Source: an uncultured virus (IMG/VR IMGVR_UViG_3300048861_000257) (lineage: Duplodnaviria; Heunggongvirae; Uroviricota; Caudoviricetes; Herelleviridae). From it: a DNA stretch of 63,935 nucleotides. The stretch lies in IMG/VR virus record IMGVR_UViG_3300048861_000257. One strand, written 5' to 3'. The notes beneath the pieces are model-generated. The model was not told the origin of the DNA and did no database searches. It was given only the letters and a program-made list of their open reading frames with translations. Position numbers and translations under genes: made by a program. How positions within the stretch are numbered: position 1 is the first letter of the stretch; every line of letters begins with the position of its first letter. Positions 29,255 through 38,891 of this stretch are shown one piece after another.

Positions 29255-29376
29255 GGGGTCTCGCTTTCCGCCGTGATCGGCAACGCGTGGGGGTCTGAGG
29301 TGTGGTGTGGCGCAATCACGCGAAAACGCCGGGCGGAGGTCGTTGTGACCCCCACCCGGCGTTCGTGAGAAGTGGG

Positions 29377-30129
29377 TTACTCCGCTGCCGCGAGCGGCGT
29401 CTCCGGCTCGGTCTGCGTGGCGTAGGTGCGCGGGCCGACGATCAGGGTCTCGGTGTCCAGGTAGCGGACCTCCCACTCGGGAGCGAAGCTGTCGATGCGC
29501 GGACGGAGCTCATTGACGTCGCTGACGAGGGCGATGGCCGCCGGCGGGAGCGGGTGGATACCGAAAGTCCCGGGCTCGTTGCCGTAGAAGAGGGATCCGG
29601 GCAGGAGCTCGCCGCCGAGGGCGGTGCCCAGGCGGACGGCCAGCTGTTCGGCGATCGCGTTCTCCTTCTTGACGTACACGCCCACATAGACGCCCACGCC
29701 GATGGCCGTGCCGATGCTCAGGACGGAGGCGAACACCGCGAAACCGAGCGCGACGAACACCAGGAAGATCGCGGGAAGGAGGAAGAAGATCTTCTTGCCC
29801 CAGCTGCCGTAGCGGATCGTGTTGATCCAGAACCCGATCACGCCGAAGCTGGTGAGCTGGTACGGGGCGGTGATCTTGGCGGCCGCGTTCGTCAGGAAGA
29901 TGGTGAACAGCACCGAGAGGACCATGCAGGTCCATCCCCAGACGGCGAACCCCGCGGCGTTGCTGCCCGACGCCATGATGCCGACCGCGCCGATCGAGAA
30001 GACGATCAGCCAGATCGGCAGGAAGATGACACAGAGCCAGTTCCAGATGCGGCCGAAGCCGACGTTCGAAGCGACGCCGTAGGCTGCGCCGCCGACAGCG
30101 CCGCCGATGAAGGACTTGGTGAAGGACAT
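29377..30129 (-). CDS. Multi-pass membrane protein
   Basis: Several hydrophobic segments. Confidence 0.75.
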   Translation of the reverse strand: MSFTKSFIGGAVGGAAYGVASNVGFGRIWNWLCVIFLPIWLIVFSIGAVGIMASGSNAAGFAVWGWTCMVLSVLFTIFLTNAAAKITAPYQLTSFGVIGFWINTIRYGSWGKKIFFLLPAIFLVFVALGFAVFASVLSIGTAIGVGVYVGVYVKKENAIAEQLAVRLGTALGGELLPGSLFYGNEPGTFGIHPLPPAAIALVSDVNELRPRIDSFAPEWEVRYLDTETLIVGPRTYATQTEPETPLAAAE

Positions 30130-30157
30130 GGGTTCAGAATCTCCAAAATTCGTTGAT

Positions 30158-30170
30158 CTATGAGAGAAAA
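30158..30170 (-). promoter_or_regulatory. Recurrent upstream motif TTTTCTCTCATAG
   Basis: Similar motif co-oriented upstream of genes at 41718-41727, 56495-56507, 62029-62039. Confidence 0.4.
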
Positions 30171-30223
30171 GCTATCGGTATCCGGGGACGTTTCGAGGCG
30201 TCTCCCTGTGCCCAATGCGGGGC

Positions 30224-30772
30224 TCAGGCTTCGTTGCTACCGCCGAGCAGGGGCTCGATGATGGCGAAGGGTCCCTTGGCGGCAGCAGCTGCAGCCTCCT
30301 CGTCCAGGCCGTCCTGCTGCGTCTCGAGCGCTCCGATGAACTTCTCGGCATCTGCGATCAGGTTGTGATCGCCTTCGCCGAGGAGGCCGTCGCGGGCCGT
30401 CCACACGGCGATGTCTTTCCACCGGTCGCGAATCTGCAGGTCGAGGAGGTCGACATCCTCGATCCAGACGAAGTGGCTGTCGTGCTCGCCTTCCATCGGG
30501 TTCCCGATGTCGAGGTCGTGCGACAGGTGCGCGCGGAGGGTGATGCTCCCGGCGTAGTCGGGGTCCGCGTCGCGCTTCGTGTCCTCGTCCAGACGACTGA
30601 CGAGCTCTTCGAGGTTCGCTCTGGGCACGTTGTGAAGGACATCGCCGATGGCGGTGTCGACCGCGCGAGCGGTGTCGGCGGAAAGGTCGTTCAGGCCGAT
30701 CCCCAGCTCTGTGACGAGGGCCGTCGCAAGGTGGCTGACCACGTGCTCGGCGTCGGCGTCGGTGTAGGCCAT
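30224..30772 (-). CDS. Hypothetical acidic protein (MAYTDAD)
   Basis: AAGGAG RBS. Confidence 0.7.
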   Translation of the reverse strand: MAYTDADAEHVVSHLATALVTELGIGLNDLSADTARAVDTAIGDVLHNVPRANLEELVSRLDEDTKRDADPDYAGSITLRAHLSHDLDIGNPMEGEHDSHFVWIEDVDLLDLQIRDRWKDIAVWTARDGLLGEGDHNLIADAEKFIGALETQQDGLDEEAAAAAAKGPFAIIEPLLGGSNEA

Positions 30773-30846
30773 GGGGGTCTCCTTCATCAGGCTCTGGGGT
30801 AGCGGGTGAGGTGGCCGCGCCAGTCTGGGTCGCGGCCATCTCGAGG

Positions 30847-31284
30847 TCAGCGCTCGGCTTCTGCTTTGAGCGCGTCGAGCTTGTCGACGATGCCGCAGTA
30901 GTCGTTGCCCGTAACCACGGGCACGGTGCGCGGGTAGCCGTGCGGCCCGACGAATCCAGCCTTGAAGACGTCGTGCATCGTCGCGTTGTAGGTCGAGACC
31001 TGCTTGCGGTAGGTGGCGTTGTAGGCGAGCGCGGGCGACTCGATCAACGTCGGGTCGCCGTCTTCGTGGTCAGCGCCGGCCGAGGACACCTCGCAGGCGT
31101 TCTGCGCGGCCACGTAGAGGTCGTTCCACGACGAGATGACCTTGTCGTACACCTGCTCGACGTTGTCGGCGGAGAGCTTGTCCTCCGCCTTCTTGACGTA
31201 GGAACCAGCCACCACGCACCCGCTGAGGGCGGTTGCGATGAGGGCAGCGGCCGCGAATGCGGCGAGGATGCGCGCGCGCATCAC
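30847..31284 (-). CDS. Lipoprotein
   Basis: Signal peptide with LSGC lipobox. Confidence 0.75.
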   Translation of the reverse strand: MMRARILAAFAAAALIATALSGCVVAGSYVKKAEDKLSADNVEQVYDKVISSWNDLYVAAQNACEVSSAGADHEDGDPTLIESPALAYNATYRKQVSTYNATMHDVFKAGFVGPHGYPRTVPVVTGNDYCGIVDKLDALKAEAER

Positions 31285-31922
31285 TTCGCCACCTGCTCGA
31301 GCAGCTGCTCGGCCTTGGCGTTATCGCCGGCCTTGAGCGCTGCCTCTGCCTGCTTCTGGATCGCGGACGTTCCGGCGTCATCGAGCTTGACCGAGACCGT
31401 GGTGCTCTCGCGCTGGAACTTGGTCAGCGCGGTGGAGCAGAACGAGCCGAGCTCGTAGAACTCGACGTACTGGCCGCCGGGCGTGAACCCGTATCGATAG
31501 GCGGGCGGGTTGCCGTGGTACATGCCGTCGATCGAGCGGTTCTCGACGTTCAGCGCGGGGTTCTGGCCGCTGCCCGAGGTGTTGATCTCCTTCGGCGATG
31601 AACCGGGGTAGTACGACACACTCGAGGACGTGAGCTTCCCCGCGATCGGGACGGTGAAGATGGGGCTGCTTGCCGTGGGGAACGAGCCGGTGCACCAGAT
31701 GATGCTCGAGGGGTCGTCGTAGAGCTCCTGTGCCCGGTTGTAGTTGTTGAACTCGACGTCGTTCTTCGGCAGGTACGGCGCACGGGCATCGGCCTTCGCG
31801 TCCACCTCTGCCTTCGAGCTGCTGCTCGCGGAGGAGGTCGTCTCGCTACACGCGGACCCGCTGAGCGCCCAGCCGACGGCGAGGGCGATCACGGCGGCCG
31901 CGATCTTGGTTCTGGTCTTCAC
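31281..31922 (-). CDS. Lipoprotein/secreted protein (start GTG, MKTRTKI)
   Basis: Signal peptide ending GSAC; AAGGAG RBS; overlaps next lipoprotein gene. Confidence 0.75.
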   Translation of the reverse strand: MKTRTKIAAAVIALAVGWALSGSACSETTSSASSSSKAEVDAKADARAPYLPKNDVEFNNYNRAQELYDDPSSIIWCTGSFPTASSPIFTVPIAGKLTSSSVSYYPGSSPKEINTSGSGQNPALNVENRSIDGMYHGNPPAYRYGFTPGGQYVEFYELGSFCSTALTKFQRESTTVSVKLDDAGTSAIQKQAEAALKAGDNAKAEQLLEQVAK

Positions 31923-31963
31923 GTGGTGGTTCTCCTTGTGTGATGGCTGCCGTAGCAGTCGAG

Positions 31964-32308
31964 CTAGGGGAGGGGAGGCAGGTGGAGGTGGTCGCGCCAA
32001 TGGAACGGCGGGGGAGCCGGGAGTTCCGCGTATGCGGCGACCAGCATGACCGTGAGGGCCACGACGCCAGCTGCGAGCGTGACGTACGACACCCAGAGCG
32101 CCGCGATCGCCATCCAGCGACCACGCATGGGGACGCCGCGGCGTCGGGCAGCGCGAAGGCGCAGAAGCGCGATGTGCGCAAGCACGGGCCCGATCAGGAA
32201 CCCGATGATGTTCAGGAACCCTGTAGCCGCGATGATGAGCGACACAGTGGCCAACGCGCTCAAGCGTGAGCGGGAGACCGTGGTGGTTTCGTGCAGGAAC
32301 AGACCCAT
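31964..32308 (-). CDS. DUF4190-like small membrane protein
   Basis: SALATVSL..GPVLAHIAL..RGRWMAIAALWVSY pattern. Confidence 0.7.
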   Translation of the reverse strand: MGLFLHETTTVSRSRLSALATVSLIIAATGFLNIIGFLIGPVLAHIALLRLRAARRRGVPMRGRWMAIAALWVSYVTLAAGVVALTVMLVAAYAELPAPPPFHWRDHLHLPPLP

Positions 32309-32462
32309 GGTGGGACCCCTCTCTTGGTCTCGTCGACAGCGGTGTCCGCTGGCGACGAGGCGCAGAGGGCGTTGCGGGACGCGGTGGTTGATGAACGTCA
32401 CACCATGCCCCGGTGCGCGCTGCGCGCGCGCCAAACCCACCTGAGGGAGGTGAAGCCTGCTT

Positions 32463-33383
32463 CTACGAGGCGAAGCCCCTCAGGTGGTCGATCATGTCGT
32501 CGGCCTCGCCGACGACTTCCTTCAGTCGCAGCAGCAACGCTGCTGCACGCTGGTCGACGTCGTCGTAGGCGTCGGCCAGCTCATTGGAGCTGGCGTGAGC
32601 GAAGCGGCCGGTCGCGACAGGCCGCGGCCGGGATTGGATCTCGGAGATCTCGCCAAACATCTGGCGCCGGGCGATGACCGTGCTGATCGCGCGAGTGCTC
32701 ATCGGCGAGGTGGTCACCCAGCCGTGTCGATCGATCGACGGCAGTAGCGTCTCAGCCTGTCTCCATGCGCCATCCAGCCCGACGGCGCAGTCGTGATGGT
32801 GCTCGTCGACGCCGACGGGGCTGACAGTCTCCTTCACCTCGTTCCACCAGCCGAACGAGGCGGCTCCTGCCACGCGGAGCCACCTGGTGACAGCGCAGGC
32901 CGGGCATTCGGCAGCCGGCTCCGTCTTGGGGATCGGTTCGCTGTTGATGGACAGCCGCGGGAAGAGGCCGACCTGCGATTGGTGCAGTTCGCGAGCCTGG
33001 TTTCTGGTCAGTCCGAGGTAACCGATGAGAACGAGCAGCCAGCCGTCCCGGCGGCCGCGCAGGGCGATCTGGAATCCACGTCGGTGCCGGTACTTCGGCA
33101 GCTGAGCCAGCGCCCGGTGCAGTTCGACCGCCTCCGGGCCTTTCCGCCATGCGGTGACAACCTGGCCCGTTGGGAGCGAGAGAGCCTCTCCAGCGCGCTC
33201 ATGCGCCTTCCGGATCGCTCTGACCCGGCGCCCCTGGGTCTCGATTGCAGCCGGGAACTCCTTCAGGAAGTCGGCGATCTCTTCCGGCGTCGTCGGAAGG
33301 GGTGGGACGCGCATCGATTCGCACCAGTCGACGAACAACGTCCAGTCGCGGTTCTCGCGTGCGGTGATGATGGTGCTGGACAT
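32463..33383 (-). CDS. Degenerate tyrosine-recombinase-like protein (start MSSTIIT)
   Basis: DWTLFVDWC, RGRRDGWLL, CPACAVTRWL parallel the upstream integrase, but no HxLR/Tyr box; TGATG overlap. Confidence 0.7.
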   Translation of the reverse strand: MSSTIITARENRDWTLFVDWCESMRVPPLPTTPEEIADFLKEFPAAIETQGRRVRAIRKAHERAGEALSLPTGQVVTAWRKGPEAVELHRALAQLPKYRHRRGFQIALRGRRDGWLLVLIGYLGLTRNQARELHQSQVGLFPRLSINSEPIPKTEPAAECPACAVTRWLRVAGAASFGWWNEVKETVSPVGVDEHHHDCAVGLDGAWRQAETLLPSIDRHGWVTTSPMSTRAISTVIARRQMFGEISEIQSRPRPVATGRFAHASSNELADAYDDVDQRAAALLLRLKEVVGEADDMIDHLRGFAS

Positions 33384-34552
33384 CAGAGCCCCAGTCGGGT
33401 GACCGCGTTTCCGCGCAAGGGATCGTGCTCGCGCCGGTAGACCTCGACCGTCGCGACGCTCTTGTGGTCGGTCTGGGGCATGATCTCGAACGGTGAGGCT
33501 CCGGCGCGGAGCGCCTGGGTGACGAAACCGGCGCGCAGGGAGTGGCCGCCGAAGCGGCTCGGGTTCATACCGACGGCGGCGAGGCGACGCTTGACGACGT
33601 CGTTGACGACCTCGCCGCTGACGGCATTGACGCCGATGTGACCGCCACGGCGGACCGGCCGGAACAAGCTGGCTCGCGGGTCCAGCCGAGCGAGCCACGG
33701 CGCAGACCCATGGCAGATGTGCTCGTCCATGCTCGCCTCGCGCAGCAGGCGCATCATGCTGCTGCGCGGAGCGGACGAGTCAACCTCGAGAACGCGGGCC
33801 CAGCGGAGAAACGCGCAGGGCGGGCAGGTCAGCGGGTTGTCGCCGAAAGGCAGTCCTTTCACCGAGCCGCGGCCTTCCTGGTCTGTCTTGGACGTAAGAA
33901 GCCGGACATGGAGTCCGTCCTCGTGGTGGACGCTCACGTCTCCGACGCGTCGACTCGCGAGCTCCGAGCGACGGAACGCGCCGGCGAACCCCATGACCAG
34001 GAGTGCTGCGTCGCGGTGGCCGATGATCCCTGCTGGGTAGGAGTTAATGTCGATCGCGCCCAGAACTCGTTTCAGGTCCGCCAGCAGAAGCGGCGCCATC
34101 CTCCGCGTCGGTCGGGCGTACCGTCGCCGGATGCCGGCGAGCGTGTCCTTCACCTCGCGGCGGGCGCCTGGTGCGACGTGGCCCGCACGTTCATGTCGGG
34201 CGTTGATCGAGGTGACCCACCGTGTGATCGTGCTCGGCGCGTAGGCGGGATCGCCTACGGCGTCCACGAGCGATGCGCGGTCCGTGATGTAGGCGGCCAC
34301 GGTGGAGCCGGACGCGGGCAGCGATACCTGGCCTCGCGTGTCGCACCAGCGTTCGAACGCGGCCCAGTCACTGTCGTATGCCCGCCGCGTGTTCTCGGCG
34401 CTGGCGTCTGCCTGATTCTGTGCGACACCGGCCAGGAGCTCTGCGGGGAGCGGCGCGCTCGTAGGTGCCGGGACGGTACTGCCGGCGTCGACCACCACGA
34501 CCGCGCGAGGGCGCGCGTCATGCTCATAGACGAGCGGATCGGTGACACCCAT
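33383..34552 (-). CDS. Tyrosine recombinase (Cre/Xer-like); start uncertain
   Basis: SAENTRRAYDSDW, RDAALL..FRRSEL, SKTDQ, HSLRAG, QTDH, VYRR catalytic residues. Confidence 0.92.
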   Translation of the reverse strand: MGVTDPLVYEHDARPRAVVVVDAGSTVPAPTSAPLPAELLAGVAQNQADASAENTRRAYDSDWAAFERWCDTRGQVSLPASGSTVAAYITDRASLVDAVGDPAYAPSTITRWVTSINARHERAGHVAPGARREVKDTLAGIRRRYARPTRRMAPLLLADLKRVLGAIDINSYPAGIIGHRDAALLVMGFAGAFRRSELASRRVGDVSVHHEDGLHVRLLTSKTDQEGRGSVKGLPFGDNPLTCPPCAFLRWARVLEVDSSAPRSSMMRLLREASMDEHICHGSAPWLARLDPRASLFRPVRRGGHIGVNAVSGEVVNDVVKRRLAAVGMNPSRFGGHSLRAGFVTQALRAGASPFEIMPQTDHKSVATVEVYRREHDPLRGNAVTRLGL

Positions 34553-34600
34553 GCGTCGATTGTTCCCCTGACCACCGTCATCTCCGCAGGTTCCCGCGCC

Positions 34601-35146
34601 TCACCTGAGCCGGGAATAGCCGCGCACGAAGGGGAAGACCTTGTTGTTCAGGATGGCTGCGATCTTCCGGCGCTGCGGGCCGGTGACCAGATCCTTGTGG
34701 CGCTTGTTGAACATCGACAGCAGGAAGTCGTAGTCGTTCCAGCCGTCGAAGAAGTTCCAGCGGTCCGGAGTGAATACGTCCTGCTCGTACAGCCAGTCGA
34801 TGAGGGATCGCGAGAAGTGCTCGGCCGTCAGGTCGACCGTGCTCCCGGAGGCCAAGGAGACGCGGATGTGGGCGAGGTCTTCCAGGATGCGCGCCTGCCT
34901 GGTCAGATCGAAGCTGTTGAAGTGGGCGATGCAGGAGCTGCCGATCGGGTTCAGGGTGTTCCCTGTGATCTGGTTCTCGATCGAGAAGAGCTTGACCAGG
35001 CCACGCTGGCCGCAGACGCAGATTCCGTCGGCGTCGTCACTGATATCCAGGGCGATCATGATCCACTCGGAGGCCGCTTCCCGCCAGGAAGAGGCTCGCG
35101 AGAGCTCGATCACGGTCTGGATCAGACCTTCGACGTTCGAATCCAT
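34601..35146 (-). CDS. Hypothetical Cys-containing protein (MDSNVEG)
   Basis: CVCG ... IGSSCI putative metal site. Confidence 0.7.
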   Translation of the reverse strand: MDSNVEGLIQTVIELSRASSWREAASEWIMIALDISDDADGICVCGQRGLVKLFSIENQITGNTLNPIGSSCIAHFNSFDLTRQARILEDLAHIRVSLASGSTVDLTAEHFSRSLIDWLYEQDVFTPDRWNFFDGWNDYDFLLSMFNKRHKDLVTGPQRRKIAAILNNKVFPFVRGYSRLR

Positions 35147-35321
35147 GTCTTCTTCTCGCTTTCTGCCCAAAAAGGGGCCCCCGCCGAATAGTCGGGATAG
35201 ATGTGAGTATTGGGTGCGTCGAACCGCCCCCTTGAAGTGAGAGGAGGCTGAGCATTTCGCGCGGTTTTCAGCCATCCCGTGTGATTCACTGATCGCAGGT
35301 CTCAACGCGAGGAGGACGCCG

Positions 35322-35882
35322 GTGGAGGACCTCCTCGCGGTCATCGGCGCCGACCGGGTGCTCGAGCTGGCCTTCAGCAGTCTGGGAGGCGAGCTGGAGG
35401 TCGAGCTGTGGAGCGCGACTCTGAAACAGGTGGAGTTCGACGACGACGACGAGGTGCGCAGGGAGACCGTTCTCGCGACCGCGTCTCTCGCTCGTGTCGA
35501 TCTGTATTGCCAGTGGCTTGAGGCGCTGGATGCGGAGAGTGCGGATCTTGAAGCTGTTGGTGGTGCTTTCATCGATCGAGAGCGGCTCAGTCTGGTTGAC
35601 GAGGAGTCGCTGTTCGCGGAGAGCCTGGTGATCATCGACTACGTCGAGGTACCGGAGGAGCACCGCGGTGCGCGTCTGAGCCACGCATTGGTTCGAGGCG
35701 TCGGCCGCGTCTTCCGCAGCGACATCGTGGCGCTCACGCCGGCTCGGATCAGTCGCGGCGGTTCGGACGACCTGATGGAGGACATCGTGAAGTTCGAAGG
35801 GCTGTGTCGTCACTGGGCGCGAACGGGCTTCGTGCGCGTCCCTGACACCGACGTGATGCTGCTGCCGATGGAACGGCGATAG
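35322..35882 (+). CDS. Hypothetical protein, possible GNAT-like fold
   Basis: IDYVEVPEEHRGARLS ... HWARTGF resemble GNAT motifs; GGAGGA RBS. Confidence 0.6.
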   Translation: MEDLLAVIGADRVLELAFSSLGGELEVELWSATLKQVEFDDDDEVRRETVLATASLARVDLYCQWLEALDAESADLEAVGGAFIDRERLSLVDEESLFAESLVIIDYVEVPEEHRGARLSHALVRGVGRVFRSDIVALTPARISRGGSDDLMEDIVKFEGLCRHWARTGFVRVPDTDVMLLPMERR

Positions 35883-35899
35883 CGCCGAGCCCAGGTGGG

Positions 35900-36360
35900 T
35901 AGGTGTGACGATTCGTGTGACGAGTTTGCCATCGAGCGCACGGTGGCATTCTGGGCGTCTTTTGCCTGGTCAGCTCGGCTTTCGAATGCTCGCGCAGGGG
36001 GATGGGTGTGACGAGTTTGAGATCCGCGACATCGAAACTCGTCACAGCTGTGGCCGCCGTTTTCCTTGATTTCTCAACACATTAGGTAGAGATAAGAGAG
36101 AAATGTGACGGATGTTACGAGTTCTGTTGGAAAGTCCACACATGCGCGCCTGCGCACGCGCACACACAGGGGTTCTCGTGGAAAAGCGTCACATCCGTCA
36201 CATTTCGGCGTTTGTGCTGGTGAGCGCACGAAAACTCGCCGAACATACTCGTCACGCGAATCGTCGCAGCGCCCCTGGGCGCACGCAGGCGACTATCCGA
36301 AATCGCTTCTGACCTGGGGTTTTAGTGGCGTCGATGTGTGACCAATTTCTCGTCACACCA
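35900..36360. repeat. Symmetric TGTGACG/CGTCACA repeat array around an AT-rich patch; candidate replication origin
   Basis: TGTGACG at 35904, 35916, 36007, 36104; CGTCACA at 36040, 36187, 36196, 36351; several inverted-repeat pairs. Confidence 0.75.
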
Positions 36361-36536
36361 GGGTTCCACCAGAAGACAAAGGCCCCCGAGGAGCGGATGC
36401 TCCCCGGGGGCCTGAAGTCGGCTCGTGCGCTGAGGCAACGAGCTCGTGCTGTGCGCGCCACACGATGGTCGACGCGCTCGTTCCTTGCCCAGCCGATGGC
36501 GTGCAAGGGGTCGGGGTGGGCTGCCCACCCCCGGTC

Positions 36537-37451
36537 TTAGCAGTTGTAGGTGCCGCCCATGCCGTTGTCGCAGCGCGGAACGCCACCACCAGAGCCGACG
36601 CCGCCGCCGAGACCTCCGCCGCCACCTCCGCTGGAGGAACCGCCGCCCGAGCTACCGCCAGAGCTACCACCGGAGCTACCGCCCGAGCTACCCGAGCCGG
36701 ATCCGCCAGAGCTGGAGCCGCCGGAACCGCGAGCGGCCTGGCGTGCGGCTTCCGCTGCAGCAGCCTGTCGTGCAGCCTCTGCTGCGGCAGCCTCTTCGGC
36801 CGCCTTGCGTGCAGCTTCCTCGGCGGCCTTTCGGGCAGCCTCTGCGGCGACCTCTGCGGCCACACGAGCGTGTTCGTCGGTCTGGAAGGTGGAGAAGTCG
36901 GCGAGCAGCGCCTTCACGTCGGTCGCGGTCTGGTCGACTGCGGCGTTCGTCTTCTTGGCGGCCGCGGTGATCTTCGCGGCATCCTCGCGTGTCGTGCACT
37001 CGGTCGGGATCTTGAGCTTTGCCACCGCGTCGCGGTCGGCAATCACGGCGTTGATCATCCACGCACCGCTGTGGCGGACGGGCTTGGCGGCGACAGCTGC
37101 CGCTCCGTCCTTGGCGGGGACGGCCTCGACGGCCGCGGTGCCAGGGCGGGCGGCGTAGCTGGTGCTCTTCCACCCCTCGCCTCCGGGCAGGTCGACACTC
37201 TTGACCTTCTCGAGTGCCTTGTCGGCGACGTCGATTGCGGGAGCGATGTTGGCTGTGGCCGCCTTCCCCGCCTTCGTGGCGGCGGTGCACTGGCGTGCAA
37301 TCTCGTCGGCGTTGGCCTTCGCTGCGGTCACGCCGGTCACGGTGATCCCGCCGGCGACGAGCACGACCGCGGCGGCGATGATGGCGATCGCGCGTCGGCT
37401 GAGCCTGCGCTTGGCCGGCTCGGTGTTCTGGGTGCTGATCTCGTCAGCCAT
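36537..37451 (-). CDS. Membrane-anchored Ala-rich coiled-coil protein with Gly/Ser tail
   Basis: N-terminal TM, EAARKAAEE repeats, GGSS repeats, terminal Cys pair. Confidence 0.75.
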   Translation of the reverse strand: MADEISTQNTEPAKRRLSRRAIAIIAAAVVLVAGGITVTGVTAAKANADEIARQCTAATKAGKAATANIAPAIDVADKALEKVKSVDLPGGEGWKSTSYAARPGTAAVEAVPAKDGAAAVAAKPVRHSGAWMINAVIADRDAVAKLKIPTECTTREDAAKITAAAKKTNAAVDQTATDVKALLADFSTFQTDEHARVAAEVAAEAARKAAEEAARKAAEEAAAAEAARQAAAAEAARQAARGSGGSSSGGSGSGSSGGSSGGSSGGSSGGGSSSGGGGGGLGGGVGSGGGVPRCDNGMGGTYNC

Positions 37452-37523
37452 GGCGATCATCTCCTTCTGTCAGGTCGGGTAGTCGGTTCGGGGTTCGGGG
37501 TTCGCGCTAGGGCGCGGTCGGCG

Positions 37524-38093
37524 TTAGGAGCCGAAGCCGGGGCAACTGGTCCAGAGACCTGTACCTGCAGCCTTGGCGTCCTGTTGGGCGCCGGCGTTGA
37601 ACTGGGCCTTCTCGTTGTCCGGGACGTACGCCATGCCCGCGTTGAGCATGACCTTCCCGTAGGGGAGGCGGTTCGAGTCGAGGTAGCCGTGGTGGTCACC
37701 GTCGCTGTCGATGTAGACGCCGTCGGTGACGGTGCCGTACTGGAGAACCCAGCCGGTGCCGATCAGCGTGCTGTTCGCCAGAGCAAGCGCCTGGTCGTAT
37801 CCGCACTGACCCTTGGCCGGGGTGAGGATGTCGTTGACGTGGACGGTGAAGTCCTTGCCGTACAGCGTGTCGGTCTTGTCGGCCGGTGTCATGATGATGG
37901 TCACGGGGTCGATGACCTTCAGCGCGCGCACGCGACGCTGCTCAGGCTGAGTCTGGGTCGTCGGAGCAGCACTCGTGGTGCCGCTGTCGGCGGCGGCCTG
38001 CGATCCTTCGCTCGGTCCGCTGACGCAACCTGCGAGCATGACGACCACGATGCCGCTGAGCGCGGCGAGGCTGGCCTTCTGTGCGAGTTTCAT
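37524..38093 (-). CDS. Thermonuclease (SNase)-fold lipoprotein, catalytic motifs degenerate
   Basis: LAGC lipobox; KVIDPVT, CGYDQA, MLNAGMA, AQQDAKAAGTGLWTSC. Confidence 0.75.
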   Translation of the reverse strand: MKLAQKASLAALSGIVVVMLAGCVSGPSEGSQAAADSGTTSAAPTTQTQPEQRRVRALKVIDPVTIIMTPADKTDTLYGKDFTVHVNDILTPAKGQCGYDQALALANSTLIGTGWVLQYGTVTDGVYIDSDGDHHGYLDSNRLPYGKVMLNAGMAYVPDNEKAQFNAGAQQDAKAAGTGLWTSCPGFGS

Positions 38094-38297
38094 GGTGGTT
38101 CTAATCTCCCCTGGATGGCACGAATCCCGTGCTTTACGAGCAATGTCGTGCGCTCACCATCATGCCTGATGGCAACTCCGGCACACGGCTCCGGCACCCC
38201 TATTGGGGGTTAGAAGAAGTGCGCGAGGGGCTCACGCGATGGAGCCCCTCGCGGGGTACCCGGGCAGCCTCCGCTCAGGGAGGCTCGGGGAGTCAGT

Positions 38298-38672
38298 TCA
38301 TCGTCCGCGGACGATGGTGCTGGAGGCGGGCGCAGGCTTGGCTGTGAACGCGACGCTGGGGCCGGCCGCGGGTCGCGGTGCCTCGATCACGTACAGGACG
38401 TCCAGGCCGTAGCGGACGTAGTTGTCCATCTTCACCTGGTACTCGCGCAGAGTCAGAGAGCTGTAGCCGGGGATCTCGCCCATCTGGTCGAAGAATCGGC
38501 GCGCCTTGCTCTCGTACTCCGCCTTGGAGCGGCCCTCGAACTTGAAGCGGTGGTAGAACCCGCTCTCGGTCGAGGGGATGCCGCCGGGCGTGACGGTCAC
38601 GCGATCGACATCCATCGGGCGAGGAGCCATTAGCTCACCGCCAGCGTTGTAGAAAGTCGGGCTGATCTTCAT
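38298..38672 (-). CDS. Hypothetical protein (MKISPTF)
   Basis: AAGGAGGTG RBS. Confidence 0.65.
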   Translation of the reverse strand: MKISPTFYNAGGELMAPRPMDVDRVTVTPGGIPSTESGFYHRFKFEGRSKAEYESKARRFFDQMGEIPGYSSLTLREYQVKMDNYVRYGLDVLYVIEAPRPAAGPSVAFTAKPAPASSTIVRGR

Positions 38673-38891
38673 GGCTCTCACCTCCTTCACCTATCAAAAA
38701 TCGGTGAGGAGACCCTATCTCAGTCCTTCTGGAATGCCTCCTCAACCACCCACCCGGGTGACCGGACCACCCGGTCACCCCACCACGCTCTTTCAGGCGA
38801 CAGGAGGGCGACCCGGCATTGCCGGTCGCTCCTTCCTGCCGCCTGGTGTCAGGACACAATCGCGCGTGCGTCAGCACGCGACCATTGCCCG

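Noticed and set aside
36590..36860. GAGCTACCGCC-type short tandem repeats
   Set aside because: Explained by Gly/Ser and EAARKAA low-complexity coding of 36537-37451
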